Part shown: positions 61,258-64,000 of the stretch, in pieces
How positions within the stretch are numbered: position 1 is the stretch's first letter
How the letters are laid out: each line of letters begins with the position of its first letter
NCBI GenBank assembly: GCA_050298595.1
Contig: JBNKUM010000115.1
Location: forward strand, 1-64,000
Origin: Gammaproteobacteria bacterium
GTDB lineage: Bacteria; Pseudomonadota; Gammaproteobacteria; GCA-001735895
Direction: 5' to 3'
Length of the DNA stretch: 64,000 nucleotides
The notes under the pieces: model-generated
Databases searched by the model: none
Seen by the model: only the letters and a program-made list of their open reading frames with translations
Told to the model about the DNA's origin: nothing
Position numbers and translations under genes: made by a program

Positions 61258-64000
61258 ATGGAAAAAACCTACGACCCGCATGCAATAGAACAGGAATGGT
61301 ATAAACGCTGGGAGCAAAACGCCTATTTTTCACCTAAGGATGAGCAAACTGATGACCAGCAATCCAGCTATTGCATCATGATTCCTCCGCCCAATGTGAC
61401 CGGTAGCCTGCATATGGGGCATGGATTCAATAATGCGATCATGGATAGCCTGATCCGCTACCACCGCATGAAGGGTGATAAAACCCTGTGGCAACCAGGC
61501 AGCGATCATGCCGGTATTGCGACCCAGATGGTGGTCGAACGTCAACTGGAAGCGGAGGGTCTGTCACGCCACGACCTCGGTCGCGATAAATTCATCGAAC
61601 GTATCTGGGAGTGGAAGCAGCAATCAGGTGGCAACATTACCACTCAGCTACGTCGCCTGGGCTCATCGCTGGACTGGCCGCACGAACGCTTTACCATGGA
61701 CGATGGCCTATCCGATGCGGTGCAGGAAGTTTTTGTACGCCTGTACGAAGAAGGCCTGATCTATAGAGGCAAGCGTCTGGTTAACTGGGATACCAAATTC
61801 CATACTGCGGTTTCTGATCTGGAAGTACTTTCAGAAGAAGAAAACGGTTCCATGTGGCATCTGCGCTATCCACTGAGTAATCAGCAAGGTCATCTGGTGG
61901 TTGCCACCACCCGACCTGAAACCATGCTGGGTGACTGTGCTATCGCTATCGCACCCGGCGATGAACGCTATATGCATCTGGTTGGTCAGACTGTCGAGTT
62001 ACCGCTTACCGGTCGTCATATTCCCATTATTATCGATGAGCATGTGGATGCCGAATTCGGCACCGGCTGTGTCAAGATTACTCCAGCACATGATTTCAAC
62101 GACTACGAAGTCTGGACCCGACACAATCAGGAAATCACCATTCAAAATCAGCCGCATGGTGGCCTGATTAATATCTTTACCATCGATGCTGCGATTCGTG
62201 AAAACACCGATGAAGAAGAGGATTTGATTCCTGCCGCCTATATCGGTATGGATCGCTACGATGCACGTAAAAAGATCGTTGCCGATCTGCAGGCGCTGGA
62301 TTTAATCGAAAAGATTGAACCCCACAAGCTTATGGTGCCGCGTGGAGATCGCTCTGGCACCGTCATCGAGCCCTTTCTAACCGATCAGTGGTATGTAAAA
62401 GCCGGCCCTCTGGCAAAGCCTGCCATAGAAGCGGTAGAAAATGGATCGATCAGGTTTGTTCCCGATAACTGGAAAAACACCTATTACGAGTGGATGAACA
62501 ATATCCAGGACTGGTGTATCAGCCGTCAGATCTGGTGGGGACATAGAATCCCGGCCTGGTATGACGATGAAGGCAATGTCTATGTTGGGCGCAATGAAGA
62601 CGATATTCGCCAGAAACACAGTATTCCAGCTGACGTCTCCTTACGTCAGGATGAAGATGTGCTGGATACCTGGTTCTCCTCTGCACTTTGGCCCTTTTCA
62701 ACCCTGGGCTGGCCTGAGGATACTCAACGACTGAAAGATTTTTATCCTACACAGGTACTGGTAACCGGTTTCGATATTATCTTTTTCTGGGTCGCACGCA
62801 TGATAATGTTCGGGCTTAAGTTCATGGATGGTCAGGTGCCTTTCCATGAGGTTTATGTTCATGGACTGGTTAGAGACTCACATGGTCACAAGATGTCCAA
62901 ATCCAAAGGTAATGTGCTAGACCCGATTGATCTAATCGATGGCATAGATCTGGAATCACTGGTCAGCAAACGTACCAGCGGCATGATGCAACCCAAACTA
63001 GCAACAAAGATTGAAAAACAGACGCGCCAGGATTTTCCTGACGGTATCCAGAGTTATGGCACCGATGCGCTGCGTTTCACCTTCACCGCGCTGGCCTCTA
63101 CCGGGCGTGATGTAAAGTTTGATATGGGTCGTATCGAGGGTTACCGCAACTTCTGTAATAAGATCTGGAATGCAACGCGTTATGTATTACAGAATACCGA
63201 AGATCAACTGGACGCAGGTGAGGTCGAACTTTCTCTGGCAGATCGCTGGATTGTCTCACGCCTGCAACAGGTCAGTGGCGAAGTATCGCGCCATATTGAA
63301 GCCTATCGTTTTGATCTTGCCTCCAAAGAATTGTATGAATTCATCTGGAACGATTACTGCGACTGGTACATAGAGCTTTCCAAGCCTGTGATCTATTCGG
63401 ATACAGCAACTGCCGAGCAAAAACGTGCCGCGCGTAAGACGCTGATTCAGGTGCTCGAAACCATACTCAGATTACTACACCCGATCATGCCATTTATTAC
63501 CGAAGAGCTCTGGCAGAAAGTTGCACCTCTGGCAGGTAAAACTGGCGAGACTATCATGCTGCAAAGCTACCCGCAGCGTGATGAATCTCTTATTGATACC
63601 AGCTCAATCGAGGAACTGGACTGGGTTAAATCCTTCATCATGGGCATACGTTCGATCCGTTCAGAAATGGATATCAAACCAGGCAAGCCTTTACCCGTAT
63701 TACTACAGAATGGCTCTGAACTGGATCAGAATCGCTTAGCTAGCAATCAGTCCTTCCTGATGTCACTGGCCAGGCTCGAATCTATCACCTGGCTTAAGCC
63801 TGGAGAAAATGCACCAGAATCAGCAACTGCTCTGGTTGGCGATATGAGTATATTGATTCCCTTAGCAGGTCTCATCGACAAACAGGCCGAACTGGAACGT
63901 CTTGATAAAAACATGCAAAAGCTTCAAAGCGAAATCGCACGTATCAGTGGCAAGCTAGGCAATGCCAGCTTTGTTGATCGTGCTCCTGAAGCGGTAGTCA
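61258..64000 (+). CDS. valS: Valine--tRNA ligase (3' end beyond the window; not in ORF track)
   Basis: ATG 61258 MEKTYDP; [38 protein letters not shown] near 62890. Confidence 0.97.
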   Translation, partial: MEKTYDPHAIEQEWYKRWEQNAYFSPKDEQTDDQQSSYCIMIPPPNVTGSLHMGHGFNNAIMDSLIRYHRMKGDKTLWQPGSDHAGIATQMVVERQLEAEGLSRHDLGRDKFIERIWEWKQQSGGNITTQLRRLGSSLDWPHERFTMDDGLSDAVQEVFVRLYEEGLIYRGKRLVNWDTKFHTAVSDLEVLSEEENGSMWHLRYPLSNQQGHLVVATTRPETMLGDCAIAIAPGDERYMHLVGQTVELPLTGRHIPIIIDEHVDAEFGTGCVKITPAHDFNDYEVWTRHNQEITIQNQPHGGLINIFTIDAAIRENTDEEEDLIPAAYIGMDRYDARKKIVADLQALDLIEKIEPHKLMVPRGDRSGTVIEPFLTDQWYVKAGPLAKPAIEAVENGSIRFVPDNWKNTYYEWMNNIQDWCISRQIWWGHRIPAWYDDEGNVYVGRNEDDIRQKHSIPADVSLRQDEDVLDTWFSSALWPFSTLGWPEDTQRLKDFYPTQVLVTGFDIIFFWVARMIMFGLKFMDGQVPFHEVYVHGLVRDSHGHKMSKSKGNVLDPIDLIDGIDLESLVSKRTSGMMQPKLATKIEKQTRQDFPDGIQSYGTDALRFTFTALASTGRDVKFDMGRIEGYRNFCNKIWNATRYVLQNTEDQLDAGEVELSLADRWIVSRLQQVSGEVSRHIEAYRFDLASKELYEFIWNDYCDWYIELSKPVIYSDTATAEQKRAARKTLIQVLETILRLLHPIMPFITEELWQKVAPLAGKTGETIMLQSYPQRDESLIDTSSIEELDWVKSFIMGIRSIRSEMDIKPGKPLPVLLQNGSELDQNRLASNQSFLMSLARLESITWLKPGENAPESATALVGDMSILIPLAGLIDKQAELERLDKNMQKLQSEIARISGKLGNASFVDRAPEAVV

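Overview
Gammaproteobacterial chromosomal window (lineage inferred from gene content only). The backbone is housekeeping genes: aroC, djlA, prmB, sco/PCuAC/psd, epmA-efp-epmB, fimX-like, htpX, pyk, parC/speD/parE, cnoX, xerD, lptFG, pepA-holC, and a valS that runs off the right edge and is missing from the ORF track. Three accessory blocks interrupt it. Block 1 (~2.2-11.5 kb) has a six-Cys bufferin-type RiPP cluster (precursor + DUF692/MNIO + DUF2063) with two sigmaE-like promoters, PEP-CTERM and GlyGly-CTERM-like surface proteins, gene remnants, a CZB-GGDEF cyclase, and an internally deleted RAYT transposase bounded by 30-bp inverted repeats. Block 2 (~30.3-41.6 kb) has an exported rhodanese-chemoreceptor pair, an AT-rich KAP NTPase, and a MerR gene with its own 19-bp-spacer promoter and an internal start. 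Block 3 (~48.7-61.2 kb, between holC and valS) has several pseudogenes, a 1000-aa surface lipoprotein, a decayed IS5-family element carrying a 48-bp in-frame REP-like insertion, and a two-component module. I saw no rRNA, tRNA, CRISPR array or integron. All assignments come from reading motifs; no searches were run.
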